A stretch of DNA of 64,000 nucleotides from the human T2T-CHM13v2.0 reference genome, Homo sapiens (GCF_009914755.1 NC_060928.1); one strand, 5' to 3'; shown: positions 25,636-38,648, counted from the stretch's first letter. Notes: a model not told the origin generated them from the letters alone. Numbers and translations: made by a program.

Positions 25636-26499
25636 GTAAGACATGACTGGGAAGCAGTTACCAGAGACAAGCAAGGATAGCGCTTTGACTGCATCCTCTG
25701 CTGGTGGCTTCTGTAGTTATGCATAAAATTTACTCTGATCTGTTTACTTTTATAGCCTGTCTTTACTTTGTTTCTTTTAATATTATGCATGTTTAGGCTA
25801 TGCTTTTTCTTTAAATATGTGAGCAAATCTATTGGTGTAATGTACTCATTACCCTAAAACCTATATTTTAATGGACCTGAAGACCATAAGGTAGAAGATC
25901 AGAAGAAAAAGAAAATGCATACATTTTTATCTTTAAAACAATTCACTTTTAAGATTATTTTCTTGAAAGGTATACCTTTGATGGAGCCGAATCTGGTTCC
26001 TTCAGGCAGATACAATAGGATACAATAGGATAGGACTTCTTGGGTAAAAAAGGTGTAGTAATCTGTGAGTCTCACCGGAAGGAGAAAGGAAATTATTCAT
26101 TAATTTGGCTGAGGCCAGGGTAGTAAGCAGATTTATTATAAATATTGGCAGCAGAGGAGTACTTGAAAAGTGCTTATAAAGTTAGATCATCTATTTTTCC
26201 AAGCAATATTCTTCATGTCATTCCACCTTGCAAAAACTTTGTGGAAAGGAATAGGCATATGAATGAGCAATGAATAGACTTTGCATTAGATTGGTAATCT
26301 TGCTACTAGTACATTAATTTACTTGTATTACTGATATTTTAAGATAGGATTTTTACAGATGTTTATATATTTTTAAAAAGCCTATTTTTTTCTTTACCCA
26401 TTTTCTCAATTTTTTTAACCTCGAAAACTTTTTCCTCCCTGAGAGAAATACATGGGCTATCTTCAGCACAGAACACAAACTCTGCCTTCTTTTCTCAAG

Positions 26500-26601
26500 T
26501 CCAGTGATTCAAGTTTGACACACCACACCACGGTGGATGTGCCTTTCATGACGCATCTTCTCAGCAGCACTAGAAGATACATCCAAAGTCCTGTGAGCAA
26601 G
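26500..26601 (+). other. Candidate spliced exon (about 102 nt), unverified
   Basis: Acceptor ctctgccttcttttctcaAG (alternative AG 5 nt downstream); donor AAG|GTAAGC. Confidence 0.3.
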
Positions 26602-27211
26602 GTAAGCCTTGTAGCAACCCTTTGATGTCTTTGAAAAATGCAAAAATGCTCACCGATCAGGAGCAAAGGGGCCAAAGTTGAGGTATTTCCCCCTCACATG
26701 TAGTTTTTATTTTTTTAGCCTATTTTTTGTTTTTCTCTAAATCAAACTCAGACTTACTCTGTTTACACTGAAATACACTGCACAGTGCCGTAGGTGTAAT
26801 CAGATACAGATCTCAACAATGTGTATGATTCCATACCCAGTATAAATAAGGGTTTAATATCAACTCCATCTCTGAGTGAAAATAAATACCTCTGAAAAGT
26901 CAATTCTTCCTATTTTCTTTTACATTTGGCCTTCTAACAGCTGTTTTGTGTCATTTCCTTTGAGAGCTCTGATACCAAGTTGGAATAGTCCATTATATCC
27001 TAGCTCTCAGTCTTTACTGAAAGTTACATGAAAGAGGAGGCCTTTGCCTGCAATTCAGAATTCTAAATTACCAGCCTTTCTTAATTTCAGGTTGCCCCTC
27101 CTGGACATGTTGTAAACTCACGCATGGGCTTTTGAGTTAGAAAAATTTGTGTTTGGAACTTTTTCTCAGCTCTTGGCTTTTAACCTGGCCGGGTTAATTT
27201 TAAAGCCACAT

Positions 27212-27259
27212 CTTATTTTATTTTATTTTATTTTATTTTATTTTATTTTATTTTATTAT
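27212..27259. repeat. (TTTTA)n pentanucleotide repeat within a MIR remnant
   Basis: ttattttattttatttta... run; flanks carry MIR-like agaatggggataatgaaagtgcc. Confidence 0.85.
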
Positions 27260-28263
27260 TTGTCATCTTAAGAATGGGGATAATGAAAGTGCCAGCCTCA
27301 CTGAGTTATGTTATTTGAATGATATAGCCTAAGTGGTGAACCTAGCTTAGGGTCTGTTACCTGGGATGATGCTCAGTGGAAAGCCAAAATTTTTTGTGAT
27401 GTTTTTGTTTATATGCTGATAGCATATAAAGGAGTGTCTCAAGTCCCATCACAGCTTTCAAAGCTCCTCTTCCTTTTGTCTGAGCAATCAGTGAGAAAAA
27501 TGTGACCGTCAATGAACTTTAGTACTGAGATGTGCTTAGGAGGTATGGTCGTTGTTAGGTTTGATAATTATCAAAGAGAGTGATTCACGTCTTAGAACCC
27601 TGACCTGCAGCTCTAATGCCCCAAAAGACTAACCATTACCCATAGACACTGCCACTGCCCTCTAGTTTGCTTGTCTAATTATATGTTAACTATAATTAAC
27701 ACTTTAAATGTGAGAATTCCTACCTAAGAAAGTATATTACCTGGTGCAGAGCCTGGCAGAGAGGAAGTGTGCATTCAATATATGCTCATGGTTTATTGAG
27801 TAAATCCAGATCTTTCCTTGCTACTGGGTTAGAACTCTGGGAGCATACATTTACGGACTTAGCGAATCTGGAAACAGCTGGATATCCTTTGGGGTGATCT
27901 GGAATAGTTTCTCATTCTTCATTTCTACTAACATTTATTAAGCTTATGTGTAAGCTCTAGAGTTGGCACTCATAACTTCATTTAATCCTCACACTAGTCC
28001 TTTGAGGAACATATTATTCCTATTTTTCAGATAAGAAATTTGAGACTTAAGCAATAAAGTGCCTCACTCATAGCAATATTACTAGTAGCAGCTAAGTTGA
28101 CTATACTGTGTGAACCTGTGTCACACCTTAGTTGCTATCTGGATAGTAGCATGCCTTGCCTAGCATGGATTTGGGGTACTAAACTCTGTACATTCGGTTG
28201 TCCCCAAGATCCTTCCCTGAGAGCATATTATTTAGACCTATTCTTATTTTTAGGCTTGGGCCT

Positions 28264-28650
28264 TGTTGTGGACTAAGTGTCTGTGGTTCCCCCCGCAGAA
28301 TGTGTATATTGAAGCCCTAACCCATGATGTGGCTGTATTTGGAGATGCAGCCTCTAAGGAAGTAATTGAAGTTGAATGAGGTGATAAGTGTAGAGCCCTC
28401 ATCCAACAGGATAATGTCATTATAAGAAGAACACCAGAGAGCTCACCCCCTCTCTTTCTACCATGCAAGGACACAGCGAGAAGATGGCTGTCTACAAGCC
28501 AGGAAAAGAGTCCTCACCAGAACCAAACCCTGCTGGACTTTGGTCTTGGACTTCCCAGCCTCTAAAACTGTGAAGACATAAATTTCTGTTGTTTAACCCA
28601 CACAGGTCTGTGGTATCTGTTTATTATGGCAGCCCAGTGAGACTAAGACA
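28264..28650 (+). mobile_element. MLT1A-like MaLR solo LTR
   Basis: tgttgtggactaagtgtc ... gaagatggctgtctacaagccagg ... ggcagcccagtgagactaagaca; near TSD ggcct / ggcca. Confidence 0.88.
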
Positions 28651-29469
28651 GGCCATCAAAAGACGTGAACGTTTTGGACCTTCTCTTGGGCCCTAGTAAA
28701 CAGAAATCAGGTATGCAAAAGGAGTAAATATATATTTTCCTTTATTTTTATTTTTAATGTGTAAGCCTTGGGTTTTTATTTATTTACTTGCTGAGAACAA
28801 TCACACTGTATGTACAATATAATTATATTGTTGATGAGAACTTACTTAAAATTTTTTAAAAATTCTAATTGATTTCTAGATGTTCAAATGACAAGATAGC
28901 ATTTATATACCATCAGAACATAAAATAATTCAAAAAGATAAATTTATAAAACAATATGTATTATATTGAGAGAGAGAGTGTTGGAAGAATATATATAAAT
29001 ACAATGTGATAATGTGATGTCTTTGTGAGAATGCTATATGTAATTTTCTTTGTTTTTGTTTATATGAATTTTTAATATTTTTACCTTTGAAATATATAAA
29101 AGAGAATAAAGTCATTGACAAAATCAAAATTCACTCTATTTTCATAGGTGAGTAAGTATACATCTTTAACAGAATAGTAAAGAGTTGATGAATGTTCAGA
29201 GATATTATATAAGTAACAGGTAAGAAGTGTCCTGATCTATGGTATTCATTCTCAGTTGCACATATATATGCAAAAAAACCCCACAAATGAAACCAAAACA
29301 ACTCAGAATTCTCATGAATGTTGCATAAGTAAATATATTATTTGGAATAAATTTAAATAAGCTACATACAAGATGTCTTTTAGTTGGGTTGCTGAGGGGC
29401 CCCCATTTTGCTTTTCTGATAGGTATTGTAGAAGAGCTTTAGTTTTGTGGAGTCCCTCTCCAGGGAATT

Positions 29470-29715
29470 ATTAGGGTGATGTACTGAGATATAGAACAGT
29501 GGATTTGGAGTCAGTAGACCTGGATGGAACTCATCTACCAGGTGTGTCACTGAAAAAGTCATTTAAGCTCTCAGAGCTTTAGTCTCCTCATTAGTGAAAC
29601 TAGCATAACAATTCTGTGTCCTTTACATGGTTTCATCAGCATCAAACTAAATGAAATAATAAGTGCAAAGCTTTGTGACCCAGAGCACTCTATGCTAATG
29701 CTAGCCATCATTATT
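29470..29715 (+). mobile_element. MIR SINE
   Basis: agaacagtggatttggagtcagtagacctggatggaac ... gtcatttaagctctcagagctttagtctcctcattagtgaaa. Confidence 0.75.
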
Positions 29716-30225
29716 CTGAAGATGACTATTATAATCGAAGTTATATAAATTAAAGAAATGTGACAGAAGTTGTTCCCCTGAAAATGTTAACTCTTGATGC
29801 TGTAGTCCTAATTATGCTAGTGCAAATCCCTTTAAATATTCTTAATTTCTGGTCTGATCTTAATTAATGGATACCAATGTAGGTACTTTGTATTTTTGGC
29901 AGACAGTAAAACCTGGAGTTCAGGAACAGCAATGTAAACAGGCTCTAAGTTTGCAAGTTCCAACTTTCATTTATTTGATATTTGTCATGAAAATCTATAT
30001 AGTGCTTTCAGTGTTCCAAGGCCTGTGGTTACAGCAGCAAGTAAAACAAAATTCCTACCCCACTGGAGCTTACAATCTAATGGGAGGAGGGAGAGGGCCA
30101 ATAATACAGTAGAAAATGAATATATGATAGGTCCGTAATGAATATGTGATATGTGAATATGTGATACAGCAATAAATGTAGTAAGTGCTATGGAGAAAAA
30201 ACAAAGCAGAATAAAGGAAAAGTTC

Positions 30226-30587
30226 TGTAGGTCAGATGTGCAGGCAGCAGAATCTGAGATGGAGACTGAAGTGCAGGAAGTTCATTCAAAGTCTTCTGAG
30301 GAAGGAAGCAGGGTTGGGTAGAGAGAGAAGATGGGCTCCGAAGCAGGCACAGTTGGGCCTCTGCCAACTCCATGGGGAACTGGAAAGCAGGGATGGGCCT
30401 TCTGATTGCCTTGTCTTGGGGTATGGAGGCCAGGCCTTTATATTCCTGCAATGGCCAGAAATTGGATGCAAGTTGTCCCCTGGGAAGGGGAATGTGACCT
30501 TGGTGACATGACTTCCTCTGCTGAGGGCAATTCCCAGAGAGGGCTGACAGTAGTGAGCTTCCAGCCAGTAGCACTGTGTTCATTACA
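30226..30587 (-). mobile_element. ERVL LTR (LTR16-like) inserted in an L2 remnant
   Basis: gcagaatctgagatggagactgaagtgcaggaagttcatt ... gaagcagggttgggtagagagagaag ... ctctgctgagggcaattccc; L2-like flanks (ggagcttacaatctaatggg, taagtgctatggagaaaa). Confidence 0.6.
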
Positions 30588-30588
30588 G

Positions 30589-30590
<2 letters not shown>

Positions 30591-30628
<38 letters not shown>
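30591..30628. repeat. (GT)19 microsatellite
   Basis: Perfect GT run of 38 nt. Confidence 0.97.
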
Positions 30629-30629
<1 letters not shown>

Positions 30630-30999
30630 TGGGAGGCAGGAGGTGAGATTGCTTTTTTAAAGGATAATCAAGGGAGCGTCTCTGAAAACATTTTGGGAGT
30701 AAATGTGAAGGACATGAGGGAGGAACCTCATGAAATCTGGGGGATAGCAAGTAGATATCTGGGGAAAATATTTCTGAGGAAGATAATTTTGAACTTCTTT
30801 GGATTTTTCATATGGATTGTCTATATGAGTAATGTCTATGCTCATCTATTGCTTTTCCAGTCGTGCTTATCATGGTAGTAGTAATAATAGTAATAACAAC
30901 AATAAAGTCATTTTTACCATGTCATTGCAAGCTTTGCTTTAGGAACTGATGTAAATCTTTCATAAGATCTTACTAGAGTATTAATTAGCTAATTAGTTA

Positions 31000-31300
31000 A
31001 TTTACTTATTCATTCAGTCACACAGTGAGTGTTTATAAATGCCCACTGTATGTCAGTTACTATGCGAGGTGCAATGAACACCAGGTGAGCAGGACGAGTT
31101 AGTCCCTGTGTTCGAAACTGTTAAGGTGGGGAGACTGACAAATGAAACAGGCAATTAAAAATGCAGTGTAAACAGTGGTCCAGTGTAGTTAAACGAGGTA
31201 AGGAAGGTGCAGCAGGGAAACAATAAGCCAAACAAAGAAGAAACCAGGTGTATGAATAAATAGGGAATGGCGAAGCTTTCTTTGAATTGGGGTGGGATGG
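31000..31300 (-). mobile_element. L2 LINE 3' remnant
   Basis: attcattcagtcacacagtgagtgtttataaatgcccactgtatgtcag ... gtccctgtg ... ggggagactgacaa. Confidence 0.65.
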
Positions 31301-32819
31301 GGTGTATGGAACAGAGGTGGGCAAAGTAGGTGAGATAAGTGGCTTTGGAAATGAAACCAAGTTTTGTTTAGTGACCTCTTACATTGTCAGATGGGGTTAA
31401 ATCCATAAGGGTCTATAAACATTGGCCTGCTATGTAGAAAACACATGTTTCAATGGCAACTCAGTTGTGGGAGAGGTTTTCATTGCTAACGATGGGCTCC
31501 TAGCATGAAGAGATTCAGGTAAAGCCTGCCTCGAGGAGTGGGCTGGTATCTCTGATCAGAGCTGGCTGCAAGCTTGAGTAGTGACAATGGTGAGATCTCC
31601 AAAAGTGCCAACTCCTACCACCCAACACCCAGGAGAGAATAACTTCTTACTGCCCCCTCACAGATCCTGAGCTGAGCTAAACAACCTCTTCAGTTCTCGC
31701 AATCCGTCTCTCTCCCCTTCTACTGCCCCATTCATGCTGCAAAGATGTCACAGGACTGTCTACTTAAAGATTACCTCTCTAAAGCAGAGTTGACTCTATG
31801 TATTCTGTAAAGGCAATTCTTTTTTTTTTTTTTCAACACTGACCCAAGAACACTTGGATATAAACAGTAATATCAGCATGGTCAGAAGGTGGAAATTCCA
31901 CTGGCTTTCTTGTTTCATTTAACATTCTTTGACTTGGGGGTGATACTAAAAATATAAAAATATTATAGAACATTTTCAAAGTCAACTTGCTTTACAAGTC
32001 CCTTCAAAATATTGTTTGTCCTCTATGTTCATAGCAATTTTAAAGTGTTCGTCTGTAAAATATTGTGTCTACATGTACAGCTTTGTTTTTTAATAGTCAC
32101 TTCTAGAACAGGCTGAAAATCAGTCAGGAAAATTAAGTAAGACCGATTTGTGGTTTATCCATATTCTTATGTAAACCTGAGATTCTCACATTTGTCACTA
32201 ATGACAGTCATAAAATAATTAAAGACAAATGAGTTAGTATTTTATCATCTAAAATTTCCCCCTTTTTCCTGAACCTTCTTACATTTCTAGAAAATAGTTA
32301 AAAGGAAGTCTGACTGAGACCTCAGGACTTACTGCTCCAAGTAAAAAGTAGGCTGAAAGGAAAGTTAAGTCATTGAAAATGGTATCTACATTTACTTTCC
32401 CTTTTCTTTGTACTGTTTGCTCTTCACTTTAAATTCTTTTGATTCCAGAAGGAAGAAAACTTTGCTAATGCTCTGCCAAGCCTCACTTTTCTGTCATGAT
32501 TGGAAGGTTTGATGTTATCCAGAATTTCTCATGGAAGATGGAAGAGCTGCAGCATTACAATGAAAGCCATCTTGCAACAGCCTGAGTTCCTTTTTCTTTT
32601 ACCTGAGTCAGGAACAAAAAAATATTCATGTATATTCCCCAAAAGGACAAAAAAGGATCCAATGAAAGGGCTAGGTTGTAGAAAGGTCAGAGCATTTTAG
32701 TGCTAAATGACAACTAAAATCACTCTCTCTGCACACCTTACATTGTAAAAGAGAAAGTTAAGACCCAGAAAAAGATCAAGAGTTTTTCATTGGTCGTTAC
32801 GATATTAAAGAAGTTTTGA

Positions 32820-33210
32820 AATATATGGCTAGCTTTCTCACATCTATGAGCTGATTAGACCTCAGCCAAAGACTTCACGGGAGCCCTCTGCAAGTTTCTA
32901 GAGTTCTTTGTGCAGCTTTTCCTCTTGGGTTCTCTGACTTGCAAACTCAAACCGCCAGGCTTTTCTTAGACTCAGCTCTGCCTCCTCATCTCAGAGAGAC
33001 CCTACAGTGGGGCCTGGGAACCCTCCAGGCTCTGAGCTGGACAATGGAGCTCACCTCCATTTTGTTTGATTCCTCTCTCTCGGCAATCACTCTTCTGTGC
33101 TACTGATGTCCGGTGTCTGAAATTCATTTTTTTCATATCTTTTGTTGTTTGCTTGGTGTCATTTCCTGCAGGAGGGTAAATCTGGCTCCTGTTGTTCCAT
33201 CTGTCCTCCA
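32820..33210 (-). mobile_element. L1M (MC/MD-like) 5' remnant
   Basis: ctcagccaaagac ... ccctctgcaagtttctagag ... gctcacctccattttgttt ... ggagggtaaatctggctcctgttgttccatc. Confidence 0.6.
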
Positions 33211-33466
33211 GCAGCTTCCCATACAGGCAGCTCACTTCACTTCATTTTCAATTTTAATGACTTCTGTTCTTTATTACGCCTTTTGTCTACTTTTTTTTTT
33301 GTTTTGGTTATTCTTCTTGTTCTTTTTCTAACTTCTTGAGTTCATATTAAGTTAGTTAGCTTTTAGTCCTTCTAAGTCAATTACTGAATGTTTTGAAGTT
33401 TTCACTTTGTGTTACTTTATATTTTTTAGGCTACTTATTAAACTAAACCACGTTCTGAACTGTTAC

Positions 33467-34783
33467 TGCTACTGGAAACCAGTCCCGATCCAGACCCCAA
33501 AAGAGGATTCTTGGATCTTGCACAAGAAAGAAAGGGTAAGTCCATAAAGTAAAGTGAAAGCATGTTTATTAAGAAAGTAAAGGATAAAGAATGGCTACTT
33601 CATAGGCAGGGAAGCCCCGAGGGCTACTGGTTGCCCATTTTTATGGTTATTTCTTGATTATATTGGTACAAAGAGGAGGCAAGGAAATATTGGGTAGAAG
33701 GGGGCAGTTCCCTGGCAAAGACACCACCCTCAAGCTTGGAAATCCATGGCCCTAAATTTGAGCAGGCATTCCTGTTTTCACACCTTAATGTTGCCTTTTG
33801 GCCTGCCACACCCCCCAGTCCTATACCCAAATAAACCCTAAACCTCAGCCTCCAAGAGCAGAAGATCAGAGGAGCAGAAGATCAGAGGAGCAGAAGAGTG
33901 GTGCAGCAGAGAAGGAGAGAAGAGAAGGAATGTCTAAATGTCAAGAGGAGTTCAGCTGGGGATAGTCAGAGAGAAGATAGGCCATGGGACGGCCAAACTC
34001 TAGGAGAAGATCATCTTTCCACTCCATCCCCTTTCCAACTCTCCATCCATCCCACTGACAGCCACCTCCACCACTCAGTAAAACCCCCGCATTCACCATC
34101 TTTCAAGTCTGTGTGTGACCTGATTCTTCCTGGACACCGGATAAGGACCCGGATACCAAGAGGTCACTGAGCTGATTAACACTTAAGCCATCTGTGAACA
34201 GCAGAGCTAAGAGGCACTGTAACATGCGCATTGGGGCTTTGGGAGTTGCAGGCACTCACCCTTAGATCCTACCACGGGTCTGGAGCCCAAAAGCACTTTC
34301 TCCAGCTCTTGCACCTGCCTATCTGCATGCTCTCCCTCCCGTAAGGTGTTTGAGCTCCTGGTGGCCAAACAGAGAAACCACACCTCTGTTGCATGTCCTG
34401 CAAGTTGGGGGTCAGGGAACTCCCCTGTTTCAACATGTTAAACAAGGGGTGGATTATTAATGCCTCCCCTTTTTAGACCATAAAGGGTAACTTCTGGACG
34501 TTGCCATGGCATTTGTAAACTGTCATGGTGCTGTTGGGAGTGTAGCAGTTAGGACAACCAGAGGTCAGATCACCATCTTGGTTTTGGTGGGTTTTGGCCA
34601 GCTTCTTTACTGCAACTTGTTTTATCAGCAAGGTCTTTATAACCTGTATCTTGTGCCAACCTCCCATCTCATCTTGTGACTTAGAATGCCTAACTGCCTG
34701 GGAATGCAGCCCAGCAGGTCTCAGCCTTATTTTACCCGGCCCCTATCCAAGATGGAGGCACTCTGGTTCAAATGCCTCTGACA
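33467..34783 (-). mobile_element. MER41A-like ERV1 solo LTR, interrupted by MER50
   Basis: gtcccgatccagaccccaa ... ctctggttcaaatgcctctgaca; 4-bp TSD TTAC at 33463-33466 and 34784-34787. Confidence 0.9.
33664..34432 (+). mobile_element. MER50-like ERV1 solo LTR
   Basis: tggtacaaagaggaggcaaggaaatattgggtagaag ... gtcagggaactcccctgtttca; TSD atat / acat; internal 16-bp tandem gagcagaagatcagag. Confidence 0.88.
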
Positions 34784-37388
34784 TTACTTCCAAGATGATT
34801 CCTTTTTGTCATTACGTAGTGGCCCCTTTATCTTTGAAAATGCTTTATCTATCATCTATTTTATTTGATATTAATATAGCAACATGAAATTTCTGTATTT
34901 TTACCTATTTATTGACATGTAATACCCATACAATAAAGAGCATGTAAGGCACTGATCTTAAGAATAGAGTTTGATGATTTTTTTCTAATGTATACAGCCA
35001 TGTACCCACCACCCAGATCGAGATAGAGAATATTGCCAGCATCAAAGGAAGTCACTAGCTTTATTTCAGTTGGTATTTTCCTCAGACATCTTTTTTTTCC
35101 ATCCATTACTTTCAACTTATCTATTTATGTTTTAAAGATTTTACTTTCAAACAGTACGTGACTTTTAGTAAAGTTACAGTACATTGATTGATTGATTGTT
35201 ACCTTAAAACCCAAGCCACTAAGTATCAACAACATCCTCTGTTCCTATTTTCCCCTCAAATAAAAGTAGACTTACCATATTTGTTTAGAATTTCTGTGTC
35301 TGCCAAGGGAGTCTTTAATTGCTAAAACTAAAAGACTCTATCTATATTTGCTTTTAGTGCTTTCCTGTTTTTATTTTAGTAAATTAACCTTAATTATGTG
35401 AAAAATTTTATGTTGTAAAGAATGAGTAGTAGAGATCCATTTATTTTTTCTTCAGTATCTGACAAGTTTTCTGAATACAGTGAAAATCTATCTTTTTATA
35501 TTGATTTGAAAGCTGCTTTCTTCGTGACACTAAATTATTACATGTATTTGAATTTACAAATGAATTGTTATATTTCACTTATCTGAATATATATTTCTTT
35601 ACCCAGAATGTTCTTTTAATTAATGCTTAATATAACTCTATATTATAATTCCTGGCTGAAGAAGTTCCCACTCATTGTTCTTCATTTTCATAATTTTTCT
35701 GACTATTAACACATTTATTCTTCTAGATGGAGGCTGTTCTACCTTGGCACTATTGATATTGTGGACTGGATAAATAAACATCAGTAGTGGGATCCTTCTA
35801 ATTTCCTCTACTTTCTTTTTGTAGCTCTGTTTGGTGCCCTCAGGTGGGAATGCTATGTCAACTCTCCAGTACCTTCTTTCTTTTTGGCCCAAAGCAGATA
35901 TTCTGCAGAGTTTCTTGTATGAGGTTGGGTTGTTTCTTAAATTTCAGAGTAGATTATTGTTTATTCTATACTTTTCTTCATTCAAGCAGATTTCAAATAG
36001 ATGGAATTTTTAAATATTTTCTCAAGCCTCCATCTTCTCATTTTAACTTTCTTAAAGAAATATTTAAATTACCATTTTCACTTATCTGTTTTTTAATTGC
36101 TCTGCTATTGTTTGGTATTTACAAGTGATTTATTATTTTATCCTTTTTATTAGGTAAGAGATGTTAATGGTGAGTTTGAGATTGATAGGAGCTATTTTAT
36201 TAGAAATAAATGAGGAACTGTTGCAAGAATGGACTGTGATTTTTACCTTTTATTCAATTGTTTTGGCTTCTTACAGGCTCATGACACTTTCCTTAGTGTT
36301 TAACACAAACAACTAAAGTAAAATAACTGCCATTTCTCTCCTTGCAGTTAAACTGCAAACAACTCTTTTTATAAGAACTGTGATTGCCTCTAGCAAGCAG
36401 TCTCAAGTACTTGATATATCAACACACTATTGCCCCTTTTTTTCACACCTGAAGTTTGTAGAATAAACCACTAAAAATTTCATAGTATCTGAGGAGAATG
36501 GATCTCTCCAGATGATGTTTTCTTGCCTGGGGCCAATATGTGCACCATAGAGTCCCCTCTATCTGCCATAAAACTTTGTTTATGAAGCATTGCTTTAATC
36601 AATCTTCACATGGTAGGACGATACAGGCAAAAGCTGAGGTCTTGCTATACATCTCTTTCAAAGTTTTCCTTCAAGACCATTTTGCTTTTAGTCACTTTTT
36701 TTTAATATTTTTGGCAGCAGTTATTTATTTCATTTCATTCTATTTGACCCATCCAAATGTTTAACATGGTTTTATAAAAGTAACTTTATTTTCAGCTTGT
36801 CTGTAGGTTCAGTTTTCTTGTAGTTGCTAGTATAAGTAATAGGGAAAAATGTATCAGTCTTATACAATAAAGACGTTCAGATGAGTGTGTGTGGGAGTGT
36901 GTGATATAGGAAGAAGCAATCGGTATGTAACAACATATGTCTGCCTGCTACGCTTTTAATACTTGTTAGAGTTTTAGTTTCTATGAGTATCTTGGAGGTA
37001 CTGGAATATATATGCAAATTTCCTTCTAAAAGATTGCACCAACTTACATTGCCATAACAACAATAAGAATTTACTGCAACCTTAGCACGTTGGATATTAT
37101 ATAAGAAATACCACTTAGTAGGTTTCATAGATAATGGATAAATTTTCTGTTGTTTTAATTTACATTTTGAAAGTAGTGAAGTTGAAAGTGACGCTATTTG
37201 AAATGCATGTGCATAAGAAGTTGAATAGAAGTTTATTAGTCAGAAGGTGGAATGAGTTTTGAACAAGTTAATTGTTTTGAAAAACAGTATGAATGTACTG
37301 AATACTTTTGAGGTGTGATCTTCTAATTGCTCTAGCAAATTGTATTGGTCATAAGAAAATGTTTGAATTTTTCCAGTCAGTCAGTCAT

Positions 37389-38648
37389 TGTATTAGTTCA
37401 TTCCCATGCTGCTATAAAGAAGTGCCTGAGACTGGGTAATTTATAAAGGAAAGAAGTTTAATTGACTCACAATTCTGCGTGGCTGAGAAGGTTTCAGGAA
37501 ACTTACAATCGTGGCAGAAGGGGAAGCAAACACATCCTTTTTCACATGATGACAGAAGTAAATGGGGAAGAGCCTTATAAAACCATCAGATCTCATGAGA
37601 ATTTGCTCACTATCATGAAAATAGCATGGGGGAAACAGCCACAATGATTCAATTACCTCCCACTACATTCCTCCCACAACACGTGGGGATTGTGGGAACT
37701 ACAATTCAAGATGAGATTTGGGTGGGGACACAGCCAAACCACATCACTATGCCCCTGACCCCTCGCAAATCTCATGTCCTCACATTTCAAAACACAATCA
37801 TGCCTTCCAAACGGTCCCCCAAAGTCTTAACTCATTCTAGCATTAACTCAAAAGCCCAAGTCCAAAGTCTCATCTGAGACAAGGCAAGTACCTTCCACCT
37901 ATGAGCCTGTAAAATCAAAAGCAAGTTAATTACTTCCTAGATACAATGAGGGTATAGGCAATGGGTAAATGCACCCATTCTAAATAGGATAAATTGGCCA
38001 AAAACAGGAGCTACAGGCCCATGCAAGTCTGAAATCCAGTGGGGCAGTAATTAAATCTTAAAGCACCTTAATAATCTCTTTTAACTCCATGTCTCACATC
38101 CATGTAATGCTGATGCAAGAGGTGGGTTCCCACAGTCTTGGGAAGCTCTGCTCCTGTGGCTTTGCATGGTACAACCCCCCTCTCGGCTGCTTTCACGGGC
38201 TGTTATCCAATTCCAAAGTCACTTCTGCATTTTTAGGTATCCTTATAGCAGCACCCCACCTCTAGTACCAACTTACTGTATTAGTCTGTCTCATGCTGCT
38301 ATAAAAAACTTCCCAAGACTGTGTAATTTATAAAGAGGTTTAATTGATCTACAGTTTTGCATGGCTGGGAAGGTCTCAGGATACTTACAATCATGACCAA
38401 AGGGGAAACAAACACATCTTTCTTACATAGTGGCAGGAAGGAGAAGAATGAGAGCTGAGTGAAGGGGGAAGCTCCTTTATAAAACTATCAGATTATGTGA
38501 GAATTTATTCACTCTCATGAGAATAGCATAGGGGAAACCACCGCAATGATTCAAGTACCTCCCACTGGGTTCCTCCCATGACACGTGGGGATTATTGGAA
38601 CTACAATTCAAGATGAGATTTGAGTGGGAACACAGCCAAACCATATCA
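37389..38648 (-). mobile_element. THE1 (THE1C-like) MaLR with two LTRs (37389-37746, 38277-38648) and a shortened internal region
   Basis: tgtattagt ... cagccaaacca(c/t)atca occurs twice; internal region only about 530 bp; 5-bp TSD GTCAT at 37384-37388 and 38649-38653. Confidence 0.94.

Noticed and set aside
30188-30878. Dense overlapping ORFs
   Set aside because: They fall in an ERVL LTR, a (GT)n repeat (VCVCVC) and L2 remnants.
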